NCBI GenBank assembly: GCA_964636045.1
Contig: CAZWRH010000003.1
Coordinates: forward strand, 1-41,984
From: an uncultured Gammaproteobacteria bacterium
Lineage (GTDB): Bacteria > Patescibacteriota > Microgenomatia > UBA1406 > HO2-37-13b
Direction: 5' to 3'
DNA length: 41,984 nt
Shown here: piece by piece, positions 17,944 through 26,199 of the stretch
How positions within the stretch are numbered: the stretch's first letter is position 1
How the letters are laid out: each line of letters begins with the position of its first letter
The notes under the pieces: model-generated
Database searches by the model: none
Told to the model about the DNA's origin: nothing
Seen by the model: the letters and a program-made list of their open reading frames with translations, nothing else
Translations under genes and position numbers: made by a program

Positions 17944-18452
17944 TCTTTTATTTTAAATATTTTATAAAAATAACCAATTATCAATATGCCTAATAAATTA
18001 AATATTAAATATTGAAAAACTAAGTCAGTTAACCTAAATTGAAGATTTTTTAAAATTGAGATAAAAAAAATAAAAATCCAAGTTGAAAAAACAAGACTAT
18101 TAAACAACTTTTCTTTAAAAAATAAAAAAGCATGAAATACATAAGAAAACATTATCACAAACAATAGTAAAACCCTTATTAAAAGAACTGTCTCTTTAAA
18201 GATATAAGGATATCCTATGGTTTTCCAATATGCTATGTAATAAAAATCTGATATTAAAGATAAAAATATTCCAACCAATATTAAAGTTGTAACAACTTCA
18301 AAAAAATGATGTTTCTTTTTTGTTATCAATCCATATTGAAAAGCCAAAACTCCAAAAACTCCTAAAAAAACACCAAAATTCAATATTAAATTTAAAACAA
18401 TTGTAATGTCCATTAAATTTAGTCTATGAAAACAAAAAGAAAAAATCAACAA
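17940..18452 (-). CDS. hypothetical polytopic membrane protein (about 5 TM)
   Basis: 170 aa, possibly starting at Met14 (MDITIVLNL). It is the first gene of three translationally coupled membrane ORFs upstream of recA. Confidence 0.45.
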   Translation of the reverse strand: MLIFSFCFHRLNLMDITIVLNLILNFGVFLGVFGVLAFQYGLITKKKHHFFEVVTTLILVGIFLSLISDFYYIAYWKTIGYPYIFKETVLLIRVLLLFVIMFSYVFHAFLFFKEKLFNSLVFSTWIFIFFISILKNLQFRLTDLVFQYLIFNLLGILIIGYFYKIFKIKE

Positions 18453-18475
18453 TTTAGTTATAATTATTAATATTT

Positions 18476-18868
18476 ATGAATAATTGTATTTTTTGTAATA
18501 TAGTAAACAAAAAAACTCCATGTTTTAAAATTTTTGAAAATGATGAGTTTATGGCTTTTTTAGATATTTACCCAAGAACTTTTGGACACACTTTAGTCAT
18601 TCCAAAAAAACACTATCGATGGATAAACGACCTATCACAAGAAGAATTTATAAAATGTTGGGATGTTGTTTATAAAGTTACAAAAGCTTTAGAAAATATT
18701 TTAGAAACAAAATTTATTACCTATGGAACTCATGGTCTTGAGATTGAACATGCTCACATACACATTCTTCCAAGAAAAAATGAAAAAGAATTTTTACCTG
18801 AAATAATTCAGGTAAAAAAAGAAGAACTTGAAATTTTGACTAATAAATTGACTTCTTTTTTAAAATAA
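18476..18868 (+). CDS. HIT-family (histidine triad) nucleotide hydrolase/transferase
   Basis: 130 aa. CIFCNIV N-terminus and the histidine triad HAHIHILP. Confidence 0.85.
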   Translation: MNNCIFCNIVNKKTPCFKIFENDEFMAFLDIYPRTFGHTLVIPKKHYRWINDLSQEEFIKCWDVVYKVTKALENILETKFITYGTHGLEIEHAHIHILPRKNEKEFLPEIIQVKKEELEILTNKLTSFLK

Positions 18869-18883
18869 GACACAATAAACTGT

Positions 18884-19387
18884 ATGAATAATCAAGAAAA
18901 TCCCCAAATTATTTATTCATGGGTTGCACCAGTTAGAGCATATAAAAAAACAAAGGGTGGAATATTAAGATTTTATATCGCAGTTTCACTACTTCTCTCT
19001 TTGATTGTTTATTTTTTTGGTGAAAAAATACTTGTTTTACCAATTTGGGCAATTATGTTTCTTTTTTATTCATTAACAATTACTCCTCCAAGTTATATAG
19101 AAAATAGAATTACAAGATTTGGAGTTGAAACAGACCATACAACATATAGATGGGAATATTTATCTTATTTTTATTTTTTAAAAAAATTTGATTACCATGT
19201 TTTGGTAATTGTTGGAAAAGAACCACTAAATCAACATCTATATTTAATAGTTGATGAAAAAGAATCAATTTCGGATTTGATAAAAATTTTATCAGAACAT
19301 TTAATTTATCAAGAAAAGCCAAAAAAAAATTTCGTTGATAAAATGACAGAATCATTAACCAAACTTATGCCAGATTACAAATCATAA
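18884..19387 (+). CDS. hypothetical membrane protein (2 TM hairpin plus soluble C-terminal domain)
   Basis: 167 aa. IIYSWVAPVRAYKK is followed by two hydrophobic helices. No family recognised. Confidence 0.4.
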   Translation: MNNQENPQIIYSWVAPVRAYKKTKGGILRFYIAVSLLLSLIVYFFGEKILVLPIWAIMFLFYSLTITPPSYIENRITRFGVETDHTTYRWEYLSYFYFLKKFDYHVLVIVGKEPLNQHLYLIVDEKESISDLIKILSEHLIYQEKPKKNFVDKMTESLTKLMPDYKS

Positions 19388-19996
19388 AGTTTCTAGTCTC
19401 TTTTTAAAAAGTTGAGGTTCAATTTCTTTAATACCAAAAGTTCTTCCCCATCTTAAAAGACCTTCGTCTGCAGTAATTAAAAAACCATCAATTTCTTTAG
19501 CAAGCGCTATCAATTCAAAATCGGCTGTACTATCTAAGAAATTTACACGTGTCGCTTGTCTATATCTATCTCTTAAATTCTTTACAGTCTCACCGATCAT
19601 TTTTTGAAATTCTATTTTATTTACCTCAGACTTTCCTAAAGATCTTTGTGCCCCTAAAAAAACAAGCTCTTCGGCAACTTTTAAACCCTTATAAGATCTT
19701 TCTCTAATTTCATTTATAAGTTTGTAAAAAACATTAGCTGAAAAAGAGATACTGTTAAGATCAGGTGTTTTAATTGTTACTACGTTCAATAACTCATCAA
19801 CAATTTCAGGCTTATCAAAAAAAGTTTTTAATTCATCAACAATTTCAGGAACCATATAAAACTCTGCTTTTTTATTGTTTTTTAGCTTTTTAACCACTTC
19901 AATAAAATTGTTTATTATTTCAATTGGGTTTTTTCCAAAACCGGACTTAATTTCTAAATTAACAAAAAAATTTGTATCAATAATATATTTTTCCAT
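19382..19996 (-). CDS. PIN-like domain protein resembling the archaeal 'RNA ligase partner' (MJ_0950-type) family
   Basis: The ORF track starts at 20077. I prefer Met28 (MEKYIIDTNFFVN) at 19996. The motifs IIDTNFF, EFYMVPEIVDEL, IRERSYKGLKVAEE and LRDRYRQATRVNFLDSTADFELIALAKEIDGFLITADEGLLRWGRTFGI match my recollection of that family. This is not verified by search. Confidence 0.5.
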   Translation of the reverse strand: MEKYIIDTNFFVNLEIKSGFGKNPIEIINNFIEVVKKLKNNKKAEFYMVPEIVDELKTFFDKPEIVDELLNVVTIKTPDLNSISFSANVFYKLINEIRERSYKGLKVAEELVFLGAQRSLGKSEVNKIEFQKMIGETVKNLRDRYRQATRVNFLDSTADFELIALAKEIDGFLITADEGLLRWGRTFGIKEIEPQLFKKRLETL

Positions 19997-20050
19997 AGGT
20001 ATATTATATAAAATTTTGAATTTTTTATTATTTTTATGCATACTAAAAAT

Positions 20051-20848
20051 ATGGAACCACATGCAGTCCCAAGACAAATAACTACTTTTGAGTTTAAACT
20101 GATTGGTTTTTTGACTTTAAAGCAATTTTTATATCTAGTTTTTGCAACGGGAATTGCTTTAATAGTTTATTACGCTACTCCAATTCCAATTTTTAATTTC
20201 TTATTTGCAGGAATTGTTGTTTTTTCAGGAATTGCACTTGCTTTTATTCCTTATAACGAAAGACCTCTTGATGTTTGGATTAGAAATTTTGTTAAAAAGC
20301 TTTTTTCAGCTTCTCAATATTTCTATATGAAAAAAAATTCAGCGCCAGATTTTTTAAAAGGTGTTTATATAACAAGTCAAAAAACAGCAATTAACCATCT
20401 CGATGCCCAAAACAAATTAAATAAATACTTAGAAAATAACAACATAAGTACAAATAAAGAAGTAAATATTAATCAAAATATAAATATAAAAACTGAAGAT
20501 TTAAAAAATGAAGAAACAAAACAAAACATTATTAATAATGTAGGAAAACCTGAATCGGAAACAAAAATAAATTCAAATCAACCTTTTGTTTGGGGTATTA
20601 TAAAAAATAGTAAAGGCAACAATTTAACAAATATTCTAGTTTATATAAAAAACTCACAAGAAAAACCAATACGAATATTAAAAACCAACACAAGTGGGGT
20701 TTTTGCAACATTCCATCCAATACCAAAAGGTGACTATATTTTTGAAATTAAGGATCCAAACAACAGTTATTTTTTTGATACAATAAAAATTAATCTAACA
20801 GATTCAAACAATCAACCACTAAATTTTGTTTCAAAGGAATTATTATGA
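20051..20848 (+). CDS. PrgI/VirB3-like membrane protein fused to a C-terminal carboxypeptidase-regulatory-like beta-sandwich domain
   Basis: N-terminus MEPHAVPRQITTFEFKLIGFLTLKQFLYLVFATGIALIVYY plus a second TM, giving a PrgI-family (VirB3-like) look. An N/K-rich linker follows. The C-terminus VWGIIKNSKGNNLTNILVYIKNS...TNTSGVFATFHPIPKGDYIFEIKD has a CarboxypepD_reg-like pattern. The start is taken at the second ATG (the track gives 20036). Confidence 0.6.
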   Translation: MEPHAVPRQITTFEFKLIGFLTLKQFLYLVFATGIALIVYYATPIPIFNFLFAGIVVFSGIALAFIPYNERPLDVWIRNFVKKLFSASQYFYMKKNSAPDFLKGVYITSQKTAINHLDAQNKLNKYLENNNISTNKEVNINQNINIKTEDLKNEETKQNIINNVGKPESETKINSNQPFVWGIIKNSKGNNLTNILVYIKNSQEKPIRILKTNTSGVFATFHPIPKGDYIFEIKDPNNSYFFDTIKINLTDSNNQPLNFVSKELL

Positions 20849-21501
20849 GTACTAATTTAAAACCAACATCACCAATAAAATCATCAACTCAAAACTTTGT
20901 TGAGATAGAATATATAAAAGATGATATTGTAATTTTAAAAGATTACTCTGCTTCTATTGTAATTTCTGCTGGAACAACTAATTTTGGATTACTTTCTCAA
21001 GAAGAACAGAATGCCATGATATATTCTTATGCTTCTTTATTAAATTCATTATCTTTTCCTATTCAAATACTAATACTTTCAAAAAGAATGGATATTTCTT
21101 CTTATTTAGATTTTTTAGAAAATAAAGTTAAAAAACAAACAAGTGAAAGAATATCACAAAGATTAATAGCATATACAGAATTTATAAAAAACATAACTAA
21201 AAAAAATACAGTTCTTGAAAAAAAATTTTATTTTGTAGTTCCTTTTTCAGCTCTTGAAATGGGAATTGATATGACTAAAAATGAAAAACTAAACAAAGAT
21301 TATGTTTTTACAAGAGCTAAAACCTCACTTTATCCAAAAAAAGATCATTTACTTAGACTTTTAAAAAAAGCTGGTCTTGATGGTAGGGTTTTATATGAAC
21401 AAGAACTTGGAGAGCTTTTTTATAACCTTTATAACCCTTCACAGTCTGGAAGAAAACTAGCACCTGTGAATAGTTATACAAATATAATATCAACCCAATA
21501 A
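20845..21501 (+). CDS. hypothetical protein of the VirB3/VirB4-like module
   Basis: 218 aa. It has a 4-nt overlap with the upstream ORF and a 1-nt gap to the ATPase. By eye its N-terminal pattern (IEYIKDDIVILKD...ISAGTTNFGLLSQEEQ...) resembles VirB4/TraC N-terminal regions. Confidence 0.45.
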   Translation: MSTNLKPTSPIKSSTQNFVEIEYIKDDIVILKDYSASIVISAGTTNFGLLSQEEQNAMIYSYASLLNSLSFPIQILILSKRMDISSYLDFLENKVKKQTSERISQRLIAYTEFIKNITKKNTVLEKKFYFVVPFSALEMGIDMTKNEKLNKDYVFTRAKTSLYPKKDHLLRLLKKAGLDGRVLYEQELGELFYNLYNPSQSGRKLAPVNSYTNIISTQ

Positions 21502-21502
21502 T

Positions 21503-23266
21503 ATGTTATCTAATTTATTTAGTCCAAAAAAACCAAATCAAAAAAATGAAGAAATAAATGTTAAAAGTAATGCTGGTGAAATACTAGCAAAAGGAATGAC
21601 TTCTGTAAAAGATTTAATAGCACCTTCTTATATTGAAGTTGATTTTAATCATTTAAAAATCGATGATAAATTTTATAGAACTTTATTTGTGGTTGGTTAT
21701 CCAAGATTTGTGTCATCTAATTGGCTATATTCTTTAATTACTTTTGATCACCCCTTATACATTTCTATGTTTATTTATCCAAATGAATCTAAAGAAATAC
21801 TTCACGATTTGAAAAGAAAAATTGCTGAAATGCAAGCAACTATAGAAAACGATATGAAGTCTGGTAAAGTTGTTGATCCATCTGTTCAGGTCGCGCTTGA
21901 TGATGCGCTAACTCTTCAATCGGAACTTGCACAAGGAGCGGAAAAGTTTTTTCAATTTGGTTTATATGTAACAATTCCTGCAGATTCTTTAGAAGAACTA
22001 AACCAAATTACTAAAGAAGTTGATTCAACACTTTCATCCTTACTTATTATTGCAAAAACAGCAACTTTAGAAATGGAAGAAGGTTTTAAATCAACTCTTC
22101 CAATGTTTTATGACAGAATGGGCGTTTGGAGAAATATGGACACTTCATCACTCGCCATGACCTTTCCTTTTTCAACAGCATCTTTAACTGCAAATGAAGG
22201 GATTTTATATGGATTAAATCAACATGATGGGAGTTTGGTTATTTTTGACAGATTTACTCTTGAAAATTCAAACAGTGTTATTTTAGGTAAATCTGGAGGA
22301 GGAAAAAGTTTCTTTGTAAAACTTGAGGCTCTTAGGCTTTTAATGATGGATACTGAGGTTATTATTATTGATCCAGAAAATGAGTATAAAAAAATTGCAG
22401 AAACTGTTGGTGGAGAATTTGTTTCTTTTTCTATAACATCAGATTATAAAATCAACCCTTTTGCTTTAAATTCATATAACAACGAACCAGATGAATTTTC
22501 TAATAAAGTATTAGGCCTTCATTCTTTGATGAAAATAATTATGGGAGATCTTACACCAACTCAAGATGCATTACTTGATAGATCGTTAGTTATGACTTAT
22601 AAACAAAAAGGTATAAATCAAGATCCAAAAACTTTTAATAATGAACCTCCTCTTCTTGAAGATTTATATAAGATACTTCTTGGAATAGAAAGTCCTGAAG
22701 CTGCAGAACTTGCCGCAAGACTTGAGAAATTTATTAAAGGATCAGCTTCTGGAATATTTAATCAACAATCAAATTTTGATATTAAAAATAGTTTTACTGT
22801 TTTTGGTGTTAGAGATATTGAAGACAATCTAAGACCAATAGCTATGTATATAATTTTAGATTATATCTGGAATAGGGTTAGAAAAGATAAAAAAAAGAGA
22901 GTTTTAATTGTTGATGAGGCATGGTATTTAATTAAAAACAAAGACTCTGCTTCTTATTTATATTCTTTTGCAAAAAGAGCAAGAAAATATATGCTTGGAT
23001 TAACAACAATAACACAAGACGTTGAAGATTTCTTAAACACCGAAGAAGGAAAATCTATAATTACAAATTCTAGTTTACAAATCCTTCTTAAACAATCAAC
23101 CGCAGCAATAGAAAAAATTTCTGAAGTATTTAATTTGACTGGTGGTGAAAAACATTTTTTATTATCAGGTGAAGTTGGTGAAGGTTTGTTTTTTGCTGGA
23201 CAATCGCATGTTGCAATTAAAATAATTGCGTGTGAAGAAGAATATAAAACAATAACTAATTCCTAA
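21503..23266 (+). CDS. VirB4/TraC-like type IV secretion ATPase (DUF87/AAA-10-like)
   Basis: 587 aa. N-terminal IAPSYIEVDFNHLKIDDKFYRTLFVVGYPRFV, Walker A GKSGGGKSF, Walker B VLIVDEAW, then TTITQDVEDF. Confidence 0.8.
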   Translation: MLSNLFSPKKPNQKNEEINVKSNAGEILAKGMTSVKDLIAPSYIEVDFNHLKIDDKFYRTLFVVGYPRFVSSNWLYSLITFDHPLYISMFIYPNESKEILHDLKRKIAEMQATIENDMKSGKVVDPSVQVALDDALTLQSELAQGAEKFFQFGLYVTIPADSLEELNQITKEVDSTLSSLLIIAKTATLEMEEGFKSTLPMFYDRMGVWRNMDTSSLAMTFPFSTASLTANEGILYGLNQHDGSLVIFDRFTLENSNSVILGKSGGGKSFFVKLEALRLLMMDTEVIIIDPENEYKKIAETVGGEFVSFSITSDYKINPFALNSYNNEPDEFSNKVLGLHSLMKIIMGDLTPTQDALLDRSLVMTYKQKGINQDPKTFNNEPPLLEDLYKILLGIESPEAAELAARLEKFIKGSASGIFNQQSNFDIKNSFTVFGVRDIEDNLRPIAMYIILDYIWNRVRKDKKKRVLIVDEAWYLIKNKDSASYLYSFAKRARKYMLGLTTITQDVEDFLNTEEGKSIITNSSLQILLKQSTAAIEKISEVFNLTGGEKHFLLSGEVGEGLFFAGQSHVAIKIIACEEEYKTITNS

Positions 23267-24366
23267 ACTTCCTCATCATCTATCCTTACAGGCATTATTA
23301 TGTGAATATAGGAGTCATTTTTATCTGATTTGAATATTCCAGGAGCATTCTTATTCATCATTTCAAATACAATCTTCTTTTCTTTAATATTTGATAGAAA
23401 ATCTAATATAAATTTATAGTTAAAAGAAATTTTTTGCTCCTCTCCTTCAAAATCTATTTCTTGGTGAGTTACCATATTCCCTTCTTCCTTAACCTTTGGC
23501 CTTATATATAATCCCTCTTTTTTAATATCAAAAATAACAATATTGGAAAAATCTCTAGCAAAAATAGAATTTAATTTAATATTTCTTAAAAATTCATCTC
23601 TATCGATAACTATTTTTGTTTTAAAACCATCAGGAATAACTCTTTCAAATGGAGGAAAATCTCCTTCAATCAGTGAGGAATAAATAAAATTATCTCCAAT
23701 TTTAAATAAAACTATTTTCTTTTCTAAATCAAATACAACTTTCACTTCTTTTTGTTTCTCAAGCATTAGTAAAGTTTCGTTTAATACATCAGCAGAAATG
23801 TTGCCTTCTAAATTTATTGATTTGTCAGCTTTTAAAAGAGATAATCTAAATCCATCTGTTGATACTAAATATTTAGTATCATTTTTAATTGAAAAATTAA
23901 TTGATGTTAAAACTGGTCTTGATTCATCTTTAGCTACAGAAAACAAAACTAAAGGCAGTTTCTCTTTTAAAAAGTTCTTCTCAATTGAAAATTCTTCTCC
24001 TTTTATTTCTGATGGTTCGGGAAAATCTTCAGAAGAGATTAAATTAAAAGAACCTTTCGTTTTATCACTAATAATAGTTATTTTTTTATCTTCTATATCT
24101 AATTCAATAAAAGAAGAAGTTATAAAGTTTAAAAATTCAATTATCTTCTTTATATCAATAACTATTTTTTTACTACCATCATTTTCAATATCTATCTCTG
24201 TATAAAAAAATTCTGATAGATTTGTTGTAATTATTTTTATTTTTTTATTTTCTATTTTAAGCAATGCTCCCTGAAGTGAAGAATTGGAAGAGATTCTTGA
24301 TAAACAAAAATGAGAAGCTGTTATTAATTTTTCCAAAAATATTTCTTTATTAAGTTTTATCTTCAT
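23263..24366 (-). CDS. dnaN: DNA polymerase III beta sliding clamp
   Basis: 367 aa with a three-domain beta-clamp pattern (ILTSINFSIKNDTKYLVSTDGFRLS, IHIIMPVRI C-terminus). It lies downstream of dnaA. Confidence 0.9.
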   Translation of the reverse strand: MKIKLNKEIFLEKLITASHFCLSRISSNSSLQGALLKIENKKIKIITTNLSEFFYTEIDIENDGSKKIVIDIKKIIEFLNFITSSFIELDIEDKKITIISDKTKGSFNLISSEDFPEPSEIKGEEFSIEKNFLKEKLPLVLFSVAKDESRPVLTSINFSIKNDTKYLVSTDGFRLSLLKADKSINLEGNISADVLNETLLMLEKQKEVKVVFDLEKKIVLFKIGDNFIYSSLIEGDFPPFERVIPDGFKTKIVIDRDEFLRNIKLNSIFARDFSNIVIFDIKKEGLYIRPKVKEEGNMVTHQEIDFEGEEQKISFNYKFILDFLSNIKEKKIVFEMMNKNAPGIFKSDKNDSYIHIIMPVRIDDEEV

Positions 24367-24488
24367 AATATATATAAATAGTATTAAGTAGGTGTCGTGT
24401 ATAAGTTTATAACAGTGTTTTTTTTATTTCAATAGCTTTTTATAACAATATTTTTGCCACATTTTTAAATGTGGATTATTTGTGTATT

Positions 24489-25835
24489 TTATGTTGATTG
24501 TGGAATTGAATTTACAATTCTATCAATTTCATCCTTAAAAGACGGGTTTTTAATTGAAAGGTTTGTTATTTTATCTACTCCATGGATAATGGTAGTATGA
24601 TCTTTTCTTTTTAAAGTAAATGCAATTTCCTCAAGCTTCATTTTTAAAATATTTCTTAAAATAAACATTATTACTTGTCTAGGCAGTGCTATCTCCTCTT
24701 TTCTTGTTGAATCTTTTATTTGAGATGGTTTTATATTATAGTAGGAGCAAACATACTTAATAACATCTTGAGAACTAATGGTTTTTTTTATTTTTTCTTC
24801 TTTTTTTGAAAATTCATTTTTTACATAATCTATTGTTATTGCTCCTCCATTTTTTATAGTTTTACTATATATTTCAAGTAGTCTTCCCTCAAGTTCTCTA
24901 GTATCTCCTATTTTTTCAGCAAGAAGACTTGCTGATTCAAAGTCAATTTCAATATTTCTTTGCTTTGCTTTTATTAAAATAATAGCAGTTCTTAACTCAA
25001 AATCTGGTGGTTGAATATCTATAGTTAAACCACCTGAAAATCTCGATTTAAGTCTATCCTCAAGCTTGTTAATATCTTTTGGATGAACATCAGAGGTCAT
25101 TATTATTTGCCCTCCTCCATTAATAATAGAGTTGAATGTATGAAAAAATTCTTCTTGAATTGTATTTTTTCCAGCAATGAATTGAATGTCGTCAATTATT
25201 AAAACGTCGAGATTGCGATATTTTTTTCTAAATACTAAAGTGTTTTTTGCCCTAATCGAGTCGATTAGATCGTTAGTAAACTCTTCACTTGAACAATAAA
25301 GTATTTTTTTTGTAATATCTTTTTCAAATATTTTATGCGCTATAGCATGTGTTAAATGGGTTTTTCCTACACCTACCCCACCATATATATAAAGAGGATT
25401 ATATGAAGATCCTGGATTGTCAGAAACAGATAAAGATGCAGCATATGCTATTTCATTATTTTTTGATACTGCAAAATTATCATAAGTATATTTTGCCTGT
25501 ATTCCAGATTTTTTAATAATATCGTTCTTATTGTCTTGAAAAGTTAATATTGATAATTCCTCAAATCCATTATGATTTTCTTTCTTTCTCTCCTTTTCTT
25601 TTATTAAGAATAAAATCTTTAAATCTTCTTTATTAGAGAATTTTCTTAATAAATTTTCCATTTCACCCTTTTTTGAGTTTAAAAATATCTGCATTCCTAA
25701 GTTTTCACATGAAACAAACAAAACATTGTCTTTTATTTCTATTAAAGAAGTTTTTTTAAGTAGTGGAATAAGAACAGGAGAATTTTTACTTTCTTCAAAA
25801 TATGAGATAAAGTTTTTCCAAGTAAATCCTTCCAT
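24489..25835 (-). CDS. dnaA: chromosomal replication initiator DnaA
   Basis: AAA+ core GGVGVGKTHL, LDVLIIDDIQF and a C-terminal DNA-binding domain (KDHTTIIHGVDKI). The ORF track starts at a GTG at 25859, but that extension is made of two DnaA boxes. I prefer the ATG (MEGFTWKNF) at 25835. Confidence 0.9.
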   Translation of the reverse strand: MEGFTWKNFISYFEESKNSPVLIPLLKKTSLIEIKDNVLFVSCENLGMQIFLNSKKGEMENLLRKFSNKEDLKILFLIKEKERKKENHNGFEELSILTFQDNKNDIIKKSGIQAKYTYDNFAVSKNNEIAYAASLSVSDNPGSSYNPLYIYGGVGVGKTHLTHAIAHKIFEKDITKKILYCSSEEFTNDLIDSIRAKNTLVFRKKYRNLDVLIIDDIQFIAGKNTIQEEFFHTFNSIINGGGQIIMTSDVHPKDINKLEDRLKSRFSGGLTIDIQPPDFELRTAIILIKAKQRNIEIDFESASLLAEKIGDTRELEGRLLEIYSKTIKNGGAITIDYVKNEFSKKEEKIKKTISSQDVIKYVCSYYNIKPSQIKDSTRKEEIALPRQVIMFILRNILKMKLEEIAFTLKRKDHTTIIHGVDKITNLSIKNPSFKDEIDRIVNSIPQST

Positions 25836-25841
25836 AATATT

Positions 25842-25884
25842 TGTGGATAAATTATCCACAAATATTAATTAATACTTATCCACA
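25842..25884. promoter_or_regulatory. DnaA-box cluster (dnaA promoter / candidate oriC)
   Basis: There are three perfect 9-mers: TGTGGATAA (25842-25850, inverted), TTATCCACA (25852-25860) and TTATCCACA (25876-25884). Weaker sites are TCAACCACA at 25887-25895 and TGTGGATTA at 24470-24478 in the dnaA-dnaN spacer. Confidence 0.8.
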
Positions 25885-26000
25885 TGTCAACCACATTTTT
25901 ACTATAAGTATAAGAATTAATGTGTATTAATTTTTCTTTAGATTATTATGGAGAGACGAAGATGTGTTTTTTTAGAGAAAGGTTTATATAAAAAAATATG

Positions 26001-26074
26001 TGGACCCGAGGGGACTCGAACCCCTGATCTTCTGACTGCCAGCCAGACATTCTAACCAACTGAACTACGGGCCC
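26001..26074 (-). tRNA. tRNA-Ala (anticodon GGC)
   Basis: The reverse complement is GGGCCCGTAGTTCAGTTGGTTAGAATGTCTGGCTGGCAGTCAGAAGATCAGGGGTTCGAGTCCCCTCGGGTCCA, which folds as a 74-nt cloverleaf. It has a 7-bp acceptor stem with the G3-U70 Ala identity pair, anticodon loop CTGGCAG and T-loop TTCGAGT. CCA is not encoded. Confidence 0.9.
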
Positions 26075-26199
26075 TTCTTATGATAAATAATTATATTATA
26101 TTTATGATTATTTTTTAATTGAAAAAAAGATTGTCATAATAGTCTATGCGTTTTAAATGAGGTTATTATGCGGTAATTTTTATGTTAAAATAAAAACTT

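Noticed and set aside
20845-23266. The idea that the 218-aa ORF plus the 587-aa ATPase is a frameshifted or pseudogenised single VirB4.
   Set aside because: Both ORFs have their own ATG, are intact and are separated by a stop plus 1 nt. The 587-aa protein already starts with a VirB4-type N-terminal motif. A two-gene arrangement is more likely, and it is kept only as a note in the finding.
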